NCBI GenBank assembly: GCA_024644005.1
Contig: JAHELU010000003.1
Location: 1 to 52,313 of the forward strand
From: Acidimicrobiales bacterium
GTDB taxonomy: Bacteria; Actinomycetota; Acidimicrobiia; Acidimicrobiales; SZUA-35
Length of the DNA stretch: 52,313 nt
Reading direction: 5' to 3'
The notes beneath the pieces are model-generated. The model ran no database searches and had not been told where the DNA came from. It was given only the letters and a program-made list of their open reading frames with translations. This document shows, piece after piece, positions 29,678 through 38,991 of the stretch. The position numbers were made by a program, and so were the translations under genes. How positions within the stretch are numbered: the stretch's first letter is position 1; every line of letters starts with the position of its first letter.

Positions 29678-30343
29678 TCAGGGCGAGAACGCCGGACCGT
29701 CGAAGCTGTCGACCGTCGTGAAGGCCTCCACCGGGAGCCGCTTGAGCTTCGTGAGCTGCTTGACCGGGTGGCCGATCGGGACCAGCGCCGCGATGGCATG
29801 GTGGGCCGGCACGCCCAGCACCTCCTGGGCGGCCGGCTCCTGGCCGGCCAGGTAGGTGGTCAACACGCCGCCCAGGCCCTCGTTGCGGGCCGCCAGCAGG
29901 ATGTTCCAGACGAACGGGTAGATCGACGCCCCGCTGATCACGCCGACCCGATCGAGGTCCTTGTCGAAGCTGGCCACCAGGCCCAGATCCACCGTCACCG
30001 CCAACAGGACCGGCACGTCGGCCAGCTTGTCGAGACCGGGGAAGTCCGGGTCGGCGGCCACGGCCGCCTCGATGTCGATCGAGGTCTGCTGGACGCTGTT
30101 CCAGGGCGACTCACCGGCCGCCTGCTGGGCGACGTACACCGAGGTGGTCGGCCGGATCAGGGGAACCAGCTTCTCCCTCGTCGCCCGGTCCTTCAGCACG
30201 ATCACGTGCCAGCCCTGGCGGTTGCCGCCGTTCGGGGCGAAGCGGGCGGCATCGAGGATCCGGTGGATCGTGGCGTCGTCGACCGGCTCGTCGGTCCAGT
30301 CACGGCACGAGAACGTGGTTCGCATCACCTCGAGCAGCTCCAT
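29678..30343 (-). CDS. nitroreductase family protein
   Basis: MELLEVMRTTFSCRDWTDEPVDDATIHRILDAARFAPNGGNRQGWHVIVL. Confidence 0.85.
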   Translation of the reverse strand: MELLEVMRTTFSCRDWTDEPVDDATIHRILDAARFAPNGGNRQGWHVIVLKDRATREKLVPLIRPTTSVYVAQQAAGESPWNSVQQTSIDIEAAVAADPDFPGLDKLADVPVLLAVTVDLGLVASFDKDLDRVGVISGASIYPFVWNILLAARNEGLGGVLTTYLAGQEPAAQEVLGVPAHHAIAALVPIGHPVKQLTKLKRLPVEAFTTVDSFDGPAFSP

Positions 30344-30345
30344 GA

Positions 30346-31140
30346 TCAGCGCCCCTCGAACTTCGGCGACCGCTTCTCGAGGAAGGCGCTGACGCCCTCT
30401 CGGCCGTCGTGGGTGGCCATGGCGGCGGTGATGACCACCCCCTCGAACTCCCCGGCCTGTTCGAGCGGCGACTCGTAGCCGGCGTAGATGACCTGCTTGG
30501 CGTGGCCGGTGGCCCAGGCCGGTCCGTCGGCCAGCTGCTGGGCCAGCTCGGCGGTGGCCGAGTCGACCTGGTCGTCCGGGACCACCCGGTTGACCAGGCC
30601 CCAGGCCTCGGCCTCGTCGGCCGACAGCACCCGGTTGGTGAGCGTCAGGTCGAGCATCCGCCGCAGGCCGATGTGGCGGGCCAGGAAGTAGCTCGAGGTG
30701 CCGTCCGGGGTGAACCCGGCCCGGGTGTAGGCCATGGTGAACTTGGCCGACTCACCGCACACCACGAGGTCGAAGGCGCTCACGATCGACAGGCCGGCTC
30801 CGCCGGCCGCCCCGCCGACGCCGGCCACGAACGGCTTCGGCGTACGGTTCATCTTGTAGATGGCACCGTGGAAATCGACCAGCATGTCGGACGCCAGTCG
30901 GGGCATCCCGTGGCCGGCGGCGCTGAACACCTTCAGGTCCCCGCCGGCACAGAACACCTTGCCCTCGGCGGTGACCGACACCGCCTTGACCGCAGGGTCG
31001 TGCTCGATCTCCAGCATCACCGATCGCAGCTCGGCGGCGAACGTCGGGGTGACCGCATTGGCCCCCTCCGGCCGGTTGAAGCGCACGTGGGCGACGCCGT
31101 CCCCCGTCCGGTAGTCGATGGTGGTCAGATCCATGGTCAC
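30346..31140 (-). CDS. enoyl-CoA hydratase/isomerase family protein
   Basis: 264-aa ORF with VAHVRFNRPEGANAV and GKVFCAGGDL motifs. Confidence 0.85.
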   Translation of the reverse strand: MTMDLTTIDYRTGDGVAHVRFNRPEGANAVTPTFAAELRSVMLEIEHDPAVKAVSVTAEGKVFCAGGDLKVFSAAGHGMPRLASDMLVDFHGAIYKMNRTPKPFVAGVGGAAGGAGLSIVSAFDLVVCGESAKFTMAYTRAGFTPDGTSSYFLARHIGLRRMLDLTLTNRVLSADEAEAWGLVNRVVPDDQVDSATAELAQQLADGPAWATGHAKQVIYAGYESPLEQAGEFEGVVITAAMATHDGREGVSAFLEKRSPKFEGR

Positions 31141-31201
31141 TCCTCGTGAAGTCGGTTTCTGGCGGGTTCGCCGGCGAGATCGGTGCTCGGGGCGATGGCC
31201 C

Positions 31202-32761
31202 TCACACGATCCTGCTGTCCTTGGTTCCCCAGTACTCGTCTCGCAGGATCCGCTTGTAGAGCTTGCCCGTCGGCAGCCGGGGCAGCTCCTCCCGGAAGTC
31301 GAGCGTCCGGGGAACCTTGTAGCGGGCGATGTGCTCCGCGGCGTAGGCCAGCAGCTCCCTGGCCAGCTCGTCGCTCGGCTCGATCCCGGCCTCCGGCTGC
31401 ACCACCGCCTTCACCTCCTCGCCGAGGTCCTCGTTGGGGACCCCGAACACGGCGACGTCGGCCACCTTGGGGTGCATGATGAGGCAGTCCTCGATCTCCT
31501 GGGGATAGATGTTGACCCCGCCGGCGATGATCATGAACGCCTTGCGGTCGGTCAGGTAGAGGTAGCCCTCGTCGTCGACGTAGCCGACGTCGCCCAGCGT
31601 GGACCAGAAGGGGTGATCCGGGTGCTGGGATCCCTTCGTCTTCTCGGGATCGTTGTGGTACTCGAACGGCTGCTCGTCCCGTTCGAAGTAGATCGTCCCC
31701 GGCTCGCCGTTCGGCAGCTCGTTGCCCAGCTCGTCGCAGATGTGGATCGTACCGAGGATCGACTTGCCGACGGTGCCGGGATGGGCCAGCCAGTCCTCCG
31801 GGCTGCAGAAGACGAAGCCGTTGACCTCGGTGCCGGCGTAGTACTCGTAGAGGATCGGCCCCCACCAGTCGAACATCTGCTTCTTGACCTCGACCGGGCA
31901 GGGGGCGGCGGCGTGGACCGCGACCTTGTGGCTGCTCCAGTCGTATCCCTGCCGCTGCTCCTCGGGGAGCTTGAGGATCCGGCTGAACATCGTGGGCACC
32001 CACTGCGAGTGGGTGACCTCGTACTGCTCGATGTAGCGGAGGGCATCGGCGGCGTCGAAGCGCTCCATGATGACCGCAGTGCCCCCCAACGCCTGCACGC
32101 CGGTGGTGAAGCCGAGCGGGGCCGAGTGGTAGAGGGGGGCCGGCGACAGGTACACGACGTGCTCGTCGACCGCGAACAGGCCGGCCAGGAGCAGGGTCGT
32201 CCCGGTCATGCCGGCGGGATCGTCGATGTCGATGCCGGTCAGCGGCCGCTTGATGCCCTTCGGCCTGCCGGTGGTCCCCGAGCTGTAGAGCATGGCCTCG
32301 CCCCTTGGCTGGTGCTCCAGCGGCTCGGCCGGGAAGCGGCTGATCGCCGTCTCGTAGTCGTCGAAGCCCTCGATGCCGCCGTCGACGCTGAGCAGGATCT
32401 GGACCTCGGGGGCGAGCGCCGGTACCGGTTCCATCAGCTCGGCCATCCTGGCCGAGGTGAACAGCGCCTTCGAGGTCGAGTCCTGCAGGATGTAGGCCGA
32501 CTCGTCCGGTTGGAGGTAGCGGTTGATGGTGGTGAAGTACAGGCCCGACCGCACCGCAGCCCAGAAGCACTCGAAGTACCGGAGGTCGTTCTCCATGAAG
32601 ATCGACACGTGGTCGCCTGGCCGCAGGCCGGCCGCCCACAGCAGCTGGGCCAGCCGATTCGACCGGTCGTTCAGCTCCCGATAGGTCGACACCTCGCCGG
32701 TGCCGGCCATGATGGCGGCCGGCTTGTCCGGTGTCGTCTCGGCAAACGTGCCTGGGTACAT
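31202..32761 (-). CDS. acyl-CoA synthetase (AMP-binding enzyme)
   Basis: ORF 31202..33244. The ATG at 32761 follows GGGAG. Motifs include LYSSGTTGRPKGI, YYAGTE, GDVGYVDDEGYLYLTDRK and GKLYKR. Confidence 0.9.
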   Translation of the reverse strand: MYPGTFAETTPDKPAAIMAGTGEVSTYRELNDRSNRLAQLLWAAGLRPGDHVSIFMENDLRYFECFWAAVRSGLYFTTINRYLQPDESAYILQDSTSKALFTSARMAELMEPVPALAPEVQILLSVDGGIEGFDDYETAISRFPAEPLEHQPRGEAMLYSSGTTGRPKGIKRPLTGIDIDDPAGMTGTTLLLAGLFAVDEHVVYLSPAPLYHSAPLGFTTGVQALGGTAVIMERFDAADALRYIEQYEVTHSQWVPTMFSRILKLPEEQRQGYDWSSHKVAVHAAAPCPVEVKKQMFDWWGPILYEYYAGTEVNGFVFCSPEDWLAHPGTVGKSILGTIHICDELGNELPNGEPGTIYFERDEQPFEYHNDPEKTKGSQHPDHPFWSTLGDVGYVDDEGYLYLTDRKAFMIIAGGVNIYPQEIEDCLIMHPKVADVAVFGVPNEDLGEEVKAVVQPEAGIEPSDELARELLAYAAEHIARYKVPRTLDFREELPRLPTGKLYKRILRDEYWGTKDSRIV

Positions 32762-32780
32762 GCTGTATCTCCCGAAATCG

Positions 32781-32952
32781 CGGGTCTCCCGGTGTTGCGG
32801 GCTCCCGGTCCTGGGTGTCTCCCCGAGCTGGGTCGTCCCCCGGTCTGGTCCGTGGCAAAGGATAGAGGGCACCGCTGGTCGACTCCAGATGGGCGGCGGG
32901 CGGCGGCCCCAGTACATTTTGCACAACGGGTCGACGTCGCCCGGGGTCGACG
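32781..32952. promoter_or_regulatory. divergent promoter region with arrays of GGG-N-CCC palindromes and a GGGTCGACG direct repeat
   Basis: CGGGTCTCCCGG, CGGGCTCCCGG, GGGTGTCTCCCC and GGGTCGTCCCCC recur at a 14-17 nt period (32781-32843). An AT-rich stretch CAGTACATTTTGCACAAC follows. GGGTCGACG occurs twice (32928-36 and 32944-52). Confidence 0.35.
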
Positions 32953-32966
32953 GCCAGGGAGGACCG

Positions 32967-33419
32967 ATGCCGACACTGAACACCGATCGATCGCCGGTCA
33001 CGGCCGTTCCGCCGGCATCGGCCGACCGGGCCATTGCCCACTTCGCCGACCGGCTCGCATTCGAGACCGACTGCGCCGACGTGAGGGCCGCCATGAGCGA
33101 CGGCACGAGGGACTTCGTGCTGCTCGACGTGCGATCCCCCGAGGCATTCGCAGCCGGGCACGTCCCAGGGGCGGTCAACCTGCCCCACGGCCGGATCGTG
33201 GCCCGCAACCTCACCGCATACCCGGTCGACACCGTGTTCGTCACCTACTGCAACGGCCCCCACTGCAACGGCGCCGATAGAGGGGCGTTGCGACTGGCCG
33301 AGCTCGGCCGGCCGGTCAAGAAGATGATCGGTGGCGTGACCGGCTGGCTCGACGAGGGCTACGAGCTGACCGCCGACGACCCAGGCGGAGACCCGGACCC
33401 AGATGGAGCAGTGCGATGA
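32967..33419 (+). CDS. rhodanese-like domain protein
   Basis: ORF 32700..33419. The ATG at 32967 follows AGGGAGGA. It contains LLDVRSPEAFAAGHVPGAVNLP and an active-site loop YCNGPHCNGA. Confidence 0.8.
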   Translation: MPTLNTDRSPVTAVPPASADRAIAHFADRLAFETDCADVRAAMSDGTRDFVLLDVRSPEAFAAGHVPGAVNLPHGRIVARNLTAYPVDTVFVTYCNGPHCNGADRGALRLAELGRPVKKMIGGVTGWLDEGYELTADDPGGDPDPDGAVR

Positions 33420-34078
33420 CCACCAGGACCGAGCGGACGACGGTGAAGCGGATGGCCGACCGCGGGGACTACGACCGCGCCACGATCGACGCCATCCTCG
33501 ACGAGGCCATCGTCTGCCACGTCGGGACGATCGAGAACGGCACACCGATGGTCATCCCCACGCTCCATGCCAGGCTGGGCGACCACCTGCTGCTCCACGG
33601 CTCGGTGGCCAGTCGGATGCTGCGCTCGGCCCGCCAGCAGGAGATCTGCGTCACCGTGACCCTCGTCGACGGGTTCGTGCTGGCCCGATCGGCCTTCCAC
33701 CACTCGATCAACTACCGATCGGTCGTGATCCTCGGCCGGCCCGAGGTCGTACCGCTCGAGGAGAAGGCGGCGGCCCTCGACCACCTCGTCGAACGACTCG
33801 TTCCCGGCCGTCTCCCCCACTTGCGGCCCATGACCGACGCCGAGGTCAAGGCGACCGCCATCCTCCGGTTGCCGATCACCGAAGCATCGGCCAAGGTCCG
33901 CACCGGCCCTCCCGGCGACAACGACGAGGACTACGACCTGCCGATCTGGGCCGGCGTGCTGCCGATCGTCACCACCTACGGCGAGCCCCAGACCGATCCG
34001 GCGATGCGGTTCGACATCGACGTGCCGGACCACGTGACCTCGTACGGTCGGCCCGGCGGCAACGGCGCTACCAGGTGA
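33416..34078 (+). CDS. pyridoxamine 5'-phosphate oxidase family (FMN-binding split barrel) protein
   Basis: 220-aa ORF whose ATG overlaps the rhodanese stop (ATGA). It contains ATIDAILDEAIVCHVGTIENGTPMVIPTLHARLGDHLLLHGS. Confidence 0.8.
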   Translation: MTTRTERTTVKRMADRGDYDRATIDAILDEAIVCHVGTIENGTPMVIPTLHARLGDHLLLHGSVASRMLRSARQQEICVTVTLVDGFVLARSAFHHSINYRSVVILGRPEVVPLEEKAAALDHLVERLVPGRLPHLRPMTDAEVKATAILRLPITEASAKVRTGPPGDNDEDYDLPIWAGVLPIVTTYGEPQTDPAMRFDIDVPDHVTSYGRPGGNGATR

Positions 34079-35039
34079 TCTCGTGACAGCCGCGATGGGT
34101 GTCCGGCTCGACCTGGAACGTGCCGTGCTCGATGCCGTAGTCCTCCTGTAGCAGCTGCCGAGCCCGGTCGAGCACGCCGTGGTGGTCGGTGTCCTCGGCG
34201 GTGACCAGGTGGGCCGACGCCGCCTCCATCTCCGAGGTCAGCGTCCAGACGTGCAGATCGTGGACGTCGGTGACGCCCTCGATGGCGATCAGGCTCTGGC
34301 GGAGGTCGTCGAGCTGGATGTGGGTCGGGGCGGCCTGGAGGAGGATCCGAACGGCATTGCGGCCGAGCCGGAAGGTCCGAGGCAGGATCCACAGGCCGAT
34401 GGCGGCACCGATGACCGGGTCGACCCAGGTCCAGCCGAAGCCCCACAGCAGCAACGCGCCGATGATGACGCCGACCGAGCCGATCAGGTCGGCCAGCACC
34501 TCGAGGTAGGCGCCCTCGATGTTGATCGATTCGTCAGACCCGTCACGCAGGAGCCAGAACGCCACGATGTTGGCCACGAGGCCGAGCACGGCGACGATCA
34601 GCATCGGCTTCTCCAGCACCTCGGGAGCGCCGTCGAGCCGTCGCACCGCCTCGACCAGGACCCAGATGGCGACCCCGAACAGCAGCAGGGCGTTGACGAA
34701 GGCGGCCAGGATCTCGAGCCGGTAGAGGCCGAACGTGTGGCTCGAGAGCCCGTCCCGGGATCGGCTCTCGAACCGGTTGGCCAATTGGATGGCGGCCAGG
34801 GCCATGCCGAGGCCGACCACGTCGGTCAGCATGTGGCCGGCATCGGACAGCAGGGCCAGCGAGTTGGTCAGGAAGCCGGCAACCGCCTCCACCACGAAGA
34901 ACACGGCGATGATCGCGAACGCCACGGCCAGCCGCCTGGCGTGGCGGGCCCCCGCCCTGGCCAGGTTCACGCCGTGGCTGTGGCCGTGCTCGTGACCAGG
35001 GCCGGGGGCGCCGTGGTCGGTGTCGCTGGTTCTGGCCAT
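34068..35039 (-). CDS. cation diffusion facilitator family transporter
   Basis: 323-aa ORF with a His-rich N-terminus (HEHGHSHG), the SLALLSDAGHMLTDV motif and six TM segments. Confidence 0.9.
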   Translation of the reverse strand: MARTSDTDHGAPGPGHEHGHSHGVNLARAGARHARRLAVAFAIIAVFFVVEAVAGFLTNSLALLSDAGHMLTDVVGLGMALAAIQLANRFESRSRDGLSSHTFGLYRLEILAAFVNALLLFGVAIWVLVEAVRRLDGAPEVLEKPMLIVAVLGLVANIVAFWLLRDGSDESINIEGAYLEVLADLIGSVGVIIGALLLWGFGWTWVDPVIGAAIGLWILPRTFRLGRNAVRILLQAAPTHIQLDDLRQSLIAIEGVTDVHDLHVWTLTSEMEAASAHLVTAEDTDHHGVLDRARQLLQEDYGIEHGTFQVEPDTHRGCHEITW

Positions 35040-35090
35040 GGTTCGAACGTAGAGGGGCTGGCCCCAAAAAACAAGAATCAGTGAGAATGG

Positions 35091-36221
35091 TCAGTCGGGG
35101 CGTGGTCGGTCACGACCGACGTAGCGTCGTTCGAGCCGTCGCCCGAGGATGGTCAGCAGCTCGTTCGCGATCGATCCCGCCCGGCCCGCGACCTCGTCGA
35201 TCGGGCAGTTCGGCCCGATCAGCTCGACGATCGCCCCGGGCTGGGCCAGCCCGTCGTCGAGCTCGGTCACGTCGAGCGTGATGAGGTCCATCGAGACCCG
35301 ACCGACGATCGGCACAGGGCGCCCGGCCACTGCAGCCAGCCCGACGTTCGACGACGAGCGGAGGAAGCCGTCGGCGTATCCGACCGGCACGGTGGCGATA
35401 CGGGCTGGTGACGTCACCCGATGGGTGGCCCCGTAGCCGATCGTCTCCCCGGCGGCTGCGGTCCGGACCTGGATGATCGGCGCTTCGACGGTGAGCACCG
35501 ACTGCATCGGATTCGGCCGCCCGCTGCCAGGGAAGGGCGCCCCGCCGTAGAGCGAGATGCCGGGCCGGACGAGGTCGAAGTGGTAGGCGGGACCGAGGAA
35601 GACCCCGGCCGAGTTCGCCAGTGACGCCGCGCCGGCCGGGAACCGGTCCCTGATCGCCAGGAACCGCTCAAGCTGCACTGCGGACTGGGGACTGCCCGGC
35701 ACGTCGGCCGACGCCAGGTGGCTCATGACATGTCGGATCTCGATGCCGCCGAGGGCATCGGGGTGGTCGGCCAACCAGTCGGTCTCGTCGGCCGGGATGC
35801 CGAGGCGGCCCATGCCGGAGTCGAAGTGGAGCCCGGCCGCGGTCGAGCGCGCCGACCCGGCAACGGCGGTCCGCCACTCGTCGAGCTGAGCGATGCTGTT
35901 GATCATCGGCACCAGATCGTTGGCCGCCAGCTCGGGTCCGGTGCCGGGGACGACGCCATCCAGCACGTTGATCTCGGCCTCCGGGAGGGCGGCCCGCAGG
36001 GCGATGCCCTCGTCGAGGCGGGCGACGAAGAAGCGCCGGCAGCCGGCCGCCCACAGTGCGTCGGCGACGGGAATCGCCCCGAGCCCGTAGCCGTCGGCCT
36101 TGACCATGGCGGCCACCGCCCCGCCGGCCAGCCGGTCGAGGATGATCCGGTAGTTGCCGACCAGCGCTGCGAGGTCGATGGTGGCTCGGGGCCTGGCTTG
36201 CACGGTCGGTGGTGCGCTCAC
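35091..36221 (-). CDS. alr: alanine racemase
   Basis: 376-aa ORF with a GTG start. It has the PLP-lysine motif AMVKADGYGLGA and GYADG. Confidence 0.9.
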   Translation of the reverse strand: MSAPPTVQARPRATIDLAALVGNYRIILDRLAGGAVAAMVKADGYGLGAIPVADALWAAGCRRFFVARLDEGIALRAALPEAEINVLDGVVPGTGPELAANDLVPMINSIAQLDEWRTAVAGSARSTAAGLHFDSGMGRLGIPADETDWLADHPDALGGIEIRHVMSHLASADVPGSPQSAVQLERFLAIRDRFPAGAASLANSAGVFLGPAYHFDLVRPGISLYGGAPFPGSGRPNPMQSVLTVEAPIIQVRTAAAGETIGYGATHRVTSPARIATVPVGYADGFLRSSSNVGLAAVAGRPVPIVGRVSMDLITLDVTELDDGLAQPGAIVELIGPNCPIDEVAGRAGSIANELLTILGRRLERRYVGRDRPRPD

Positions 36222-36285
36222 GGAGCCCAGCCTAGATATCGGTGCGGGTCGGCGGGTGCACCGCCACCGCCGGGCGACCCGGCCC

Positions 36286-37497
36286 TCAGCTCAGCACCTG
36301 CTCCATCGTCTCGATGAACATGCCGATCTGATCGTCGGTCACGACGAGCGGTGGGCACCAGATCAGTGACTCGCCGACACCGCGGACGACGACCCCCCGG
36401 TCCAGCATCGCCTGCTTGGCGGGGATGGCGTCCCGCCCGATCTCGACCGCCCACACCGCCCCGACGCCCCGGTAGCTCTTCACCATCCCGTCGGCCACCA
36501 GCGCGTCGAATCCCTCGACGGTCTTCTTGCCGATGTGGTTGGCCCGCTCGACGAGCCCCTCGGACTCGATGAGCTCGATGTTGGCCACGGCCGCAGCGCA
36601 TGATGCGGGATGGCCGGAGTAGGTGTAGCCGGTCCGCAGCAGGAACCCTGGCTCCGACAGCTCCGTCGCCACCTCGGCGCTGATGATCACGCCACTCAGC
36701 GGCTGGTAGCCGGAGGTGACCCCCTTGGCGAACGTCATCAGGTCCGGCGTGACCCCGAAGGTCTGGGACGCGAACCAGGAGCCGGTGCGGCCGAAGCCGC
36801 AGATGACCTCGTCGAAGATGAGGAGAGCGTCGTGCTGGTCGCAGAGCCGGCGCAGCCCCTGGAGGTAGCCGTCCTCCGGCGGCCAGACCCCGCCCGCCCC
36901 CTGGACCGGCTCGGAGACGACGGCGGCGATGCGCTCGCCGTGCTCGGCGAACACCTTCGCCGCCTCCTCGATGTTGTCGTTCGGGACCTCGACGAAGTGG
37001 GGAACCAGCTCCCCCCAGCCCTCCCGGTTGGGCTCGATCCCCTGCGCAGAGGTGCCGCCGAAGTTGGTGCCGTGATAGCCGTGGGTCCGTCTCACGATCA
37101 TCTGCTTGTCCGGCCTGCCCCTGCGCTGTTGCACGATCCTGGCCAGCTTCAGCGAGGTGTCGATGGCCTCCGATCCCGAGCAGCCGAGGAAGACCCGAGC
37201 ATCCGGCAGTGGGGACTTCGAGGCGATGAGGGCCGCCGCCTCCCTGGCCCGGTCGTTGGTGAACGGGTCGAACGTGTTGTAGGTGGCGAGCGTGTTCAGC
37301 TGGGTGGTCACCGCATCGATGATCTCCCGGCGGCCGTGACCCACCTGGCAGTACCAGAGGCTGGCCATGCCGTCGAGGTACTGCTTGCCGGTGTCGTCGG
37401 TCAGCACCGACCCCTCGGCGCTGACCACGTTGACGAAGTCGGACTCGGACTTCGCCGGCTCGGAGAAGGGGTGGAGCAGGTTGCCGGGTACAGACAT
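36286..37497 (-). CDS. class III (omega-type) aminotransferase
   Basis: ORF 36286..37629. The ATG at 37497 follows GAGGA. Motifs include DGMASLWYCQVGHG, DEVICGFGRTGSWFA and TFAKGVTSGY. Confidence 0.9.
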   Translation of the reverse strand: MSVPGNLLHPFSEPAKSESDFVNVVSAEGSVLTDDTGKQYLDGMASLWYCQVGHGRREIIDAVTTQLNTLATYNTFDPFTNDRAREAAALIASKSPLPDARVFLGCSGSEAIDTSLKLARIVQQRRGRPDKQMIVRRTHGYHGTNFGGTSAQGIEPNREGWGELVPHFVEVPNDNIEEAAKVFAEHGERIAAVVSEPVQGAGGVWPPEDGYLQGLRRLCDQHDALLIFDEVICGFGRTGSWFASQTFGVTPDLMTFAKGVTSGYQPLSGVIISAEVATELSEPGFLLRTGYTYSGHPASCAAAVANIELIESEGLVERANHIGKKTVEGFDALVADGMVKSYRGVGAVWAVEIGRDAIPAKQAMLDRGVVVRGVGESLIWCPPLVVTDDQIGMFIETMEQVLS

Positions 37498-37609
37498 GGT
37501 GTCCTCGATTTCGCTGCGCTGATCTCGGTGCTCTTCGGTGCGGACCCGACCGCCACGATCGGTGGGCCGAGTGGTCCAAGTGTGGCAGATGGGCGCCGGG
37601 GCGCGCCTG

Positions 37610-38386
37610 TCACGCCATCGTGAGGCCACCGGAGACCGAGAGCGTCTGACCGGAGATGAAGCCGGCCTCCTCCGAGCAGAAGTAGACGACCGCCGAGGCC
37701 ACCTCGTCGGGCTGGCCGACGCGCTTCATCGGCACCGCTCGTGCCATGGCGCCGATGATCTTGTCGCCGTCGTCGCTGGCCGACACGATCTCGTCGAGCA
37801 ACGGGGTGGCGGTCGGCCCCGGGCACACGGTGTTGGCGGTGATGCCGTTGCGGGCCACCTCCCTGGCGATGGTCTTGGTGAACGCGATGATCCCGCCCTT
37901 GGCGCCGGAGTAGACCGCCTCGAGCGACGAGCCGACCCGGCCGGCGTCCGAGCCGATGTTCACGATCCGCCCCCAGCCCGCTTCGATCATCGCCGGCAGG
38001 CAGCCGTGGACCGTCCGCAGCGCCCCCTTGTAGTTGACCTCGATGATCCGGTCCCAGAAGGCCTCGTCGGTCTCGAGGAACGGCTTCAGATCGTCCCACC
38101 CTGCGCAGTTGACCAGGATCTCGACGGGTCCGAGCTCGTCGGCCACCTGGAGCAGGCCGGTCGTGACCGAGTCGCTGTCGGCCACGTCCATCTTGACGGC
38201 GATCGCCTCGCCGCCCTGCTCGTCGATCATGGCCGCGGTCGTGGCCGCTTCCTCGTCCCTGAGGTCGGCAACCGCGATCCGACGACCCTGCTTGGCCAGG
38301 CCGAGGCAGATCTCCCGGCCGATCCCCCGGCCGCCCCCGGTGACGAGGGCCACCCGGCCGTCATGGTGTTGCGGGGCATCGCTCAT
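37610..38386 (-). CDS. SDR family oxidoreductase (3-oxoacyl-ACP reductase-like)
   Basis: ORF 37610..38665. The ATG at 38386 overlaps the HD-gene stop (ATGA). Motifs include VALVTGGGRGIG, NCAGW and YSGAKGG. Confidence 0.85.
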   Translation of the reverse strand: MSDAPQHHDGRVALVTGGGRGIGREICLGLAKQGRRIAVADLRDEEAATTAAMIDEQGGEAIAVKMDVADSDSVTTGLLQVADELGPVEILVNCAGWDDLKPFLETDEAFWDRIIEVNYKGALRTVHGCLPAMIEAGWGRIVNIGSDAGRVGSSLEAVYSGAKGGIIAFTKTIAREVARNGITANTVCPGPTATPLLDEIVSASDDGDKIIGAMARAVPMKRVGQPDEVASAVVYFCSEEAGFISGQTLSVSGGLTMA

Positions 38387-38991
38387 CGGGTCTCCTCGGG
38401 ATCGGGTTCGGCGTCGGCATCGACGGTGGGGATGGCGTGCAGCCGTGACGGTCGATCGAAGACCTCCTCGAGCAGCGGGACGAACGCATCGATAGGCAGC
38501 GTGTCGTAGTCGGGGTCGAAGCAGTTCTGGTCGTAGCGCTCGCAGAACCTGATGCAGGCGTCGTAGTGGGGCGAGTCGGCGTGGCGCTCCCTGGCGTTTC
38601 GGTCTCCGTCGTGGTGGTGGAAATAGTAGTAGCCCTGGAACAACCCGTGATGCTCGACCACCCACCGGGTCTCGTCGTCGACGTAGGGGGCGAGGATCGT
38701 GGCGGCGGCCGCGCTGTGGTTCTCCGGGGCGAACCCGTCCGCCACGTCGTGGAGGAGGGCACCGACAACGAGATCGACCGGTTCGTCGCTGCGGACGGCC
38801 CGCGACGCCGACTGCAGGCAGTGCTGGTAGCGGTCGATCTGGTAGCCGAGCTTCGGGCCCTTCAACAGATCCAGCAGACCCAGCAGGTTGCCGACCAGGT
38901 TGGCCCTGGCGTGGGCGGTGAAAAGCGGCGTCAGGTACGCGTAGTCCTCCCGGGTGCCGTCGGCCATGCTGGTCCAGCTCACGGTTCGCAT
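38383..38991 (-). CDS. HD-domain protein of the PhnZ/MIOX-like (putative diiron oxygenase) type
   Basis: ORF 38383..39099. The His/Asp pattern is YQHCLQSA, ALLHDVADG, ENHSAAAA and VVEHHGLF, followed by FCERYDQNCFDPDYD. I chose the ATG at 38991 because a -10-like TACGCT lies 7 nt upstream (leaderless look). The ATG at 38967 is also possible. Confidence 0.65.
   Translation of the reverse strand: MRTVSWTSMADGTREDYAYLTPLFTAHARANLVGNLLGLLDLLKGPKLGYQIDRYQHCLQSASRAVRSDEPVDLVVGALLHDVADGFAPENHSAAAATILAPYVDDETRWVVEHHGLFQGYYYFHHHDGDRNARERHADSPHYDACIRFCERYDQNCFDPDYDTLPIDAFVPLLEEVFDRPSRLHAIPTVDADAEPDPEETR

Noticed and set aside
35041-35048. GTTCGAAC next to the CDF transporter start, considered as a second SOS box.
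   Set aside because: The two half-sites are abutted in the wrong order, without the N4 spacer. It is not the TCGAAC-N4-GTTCGA arrangement.
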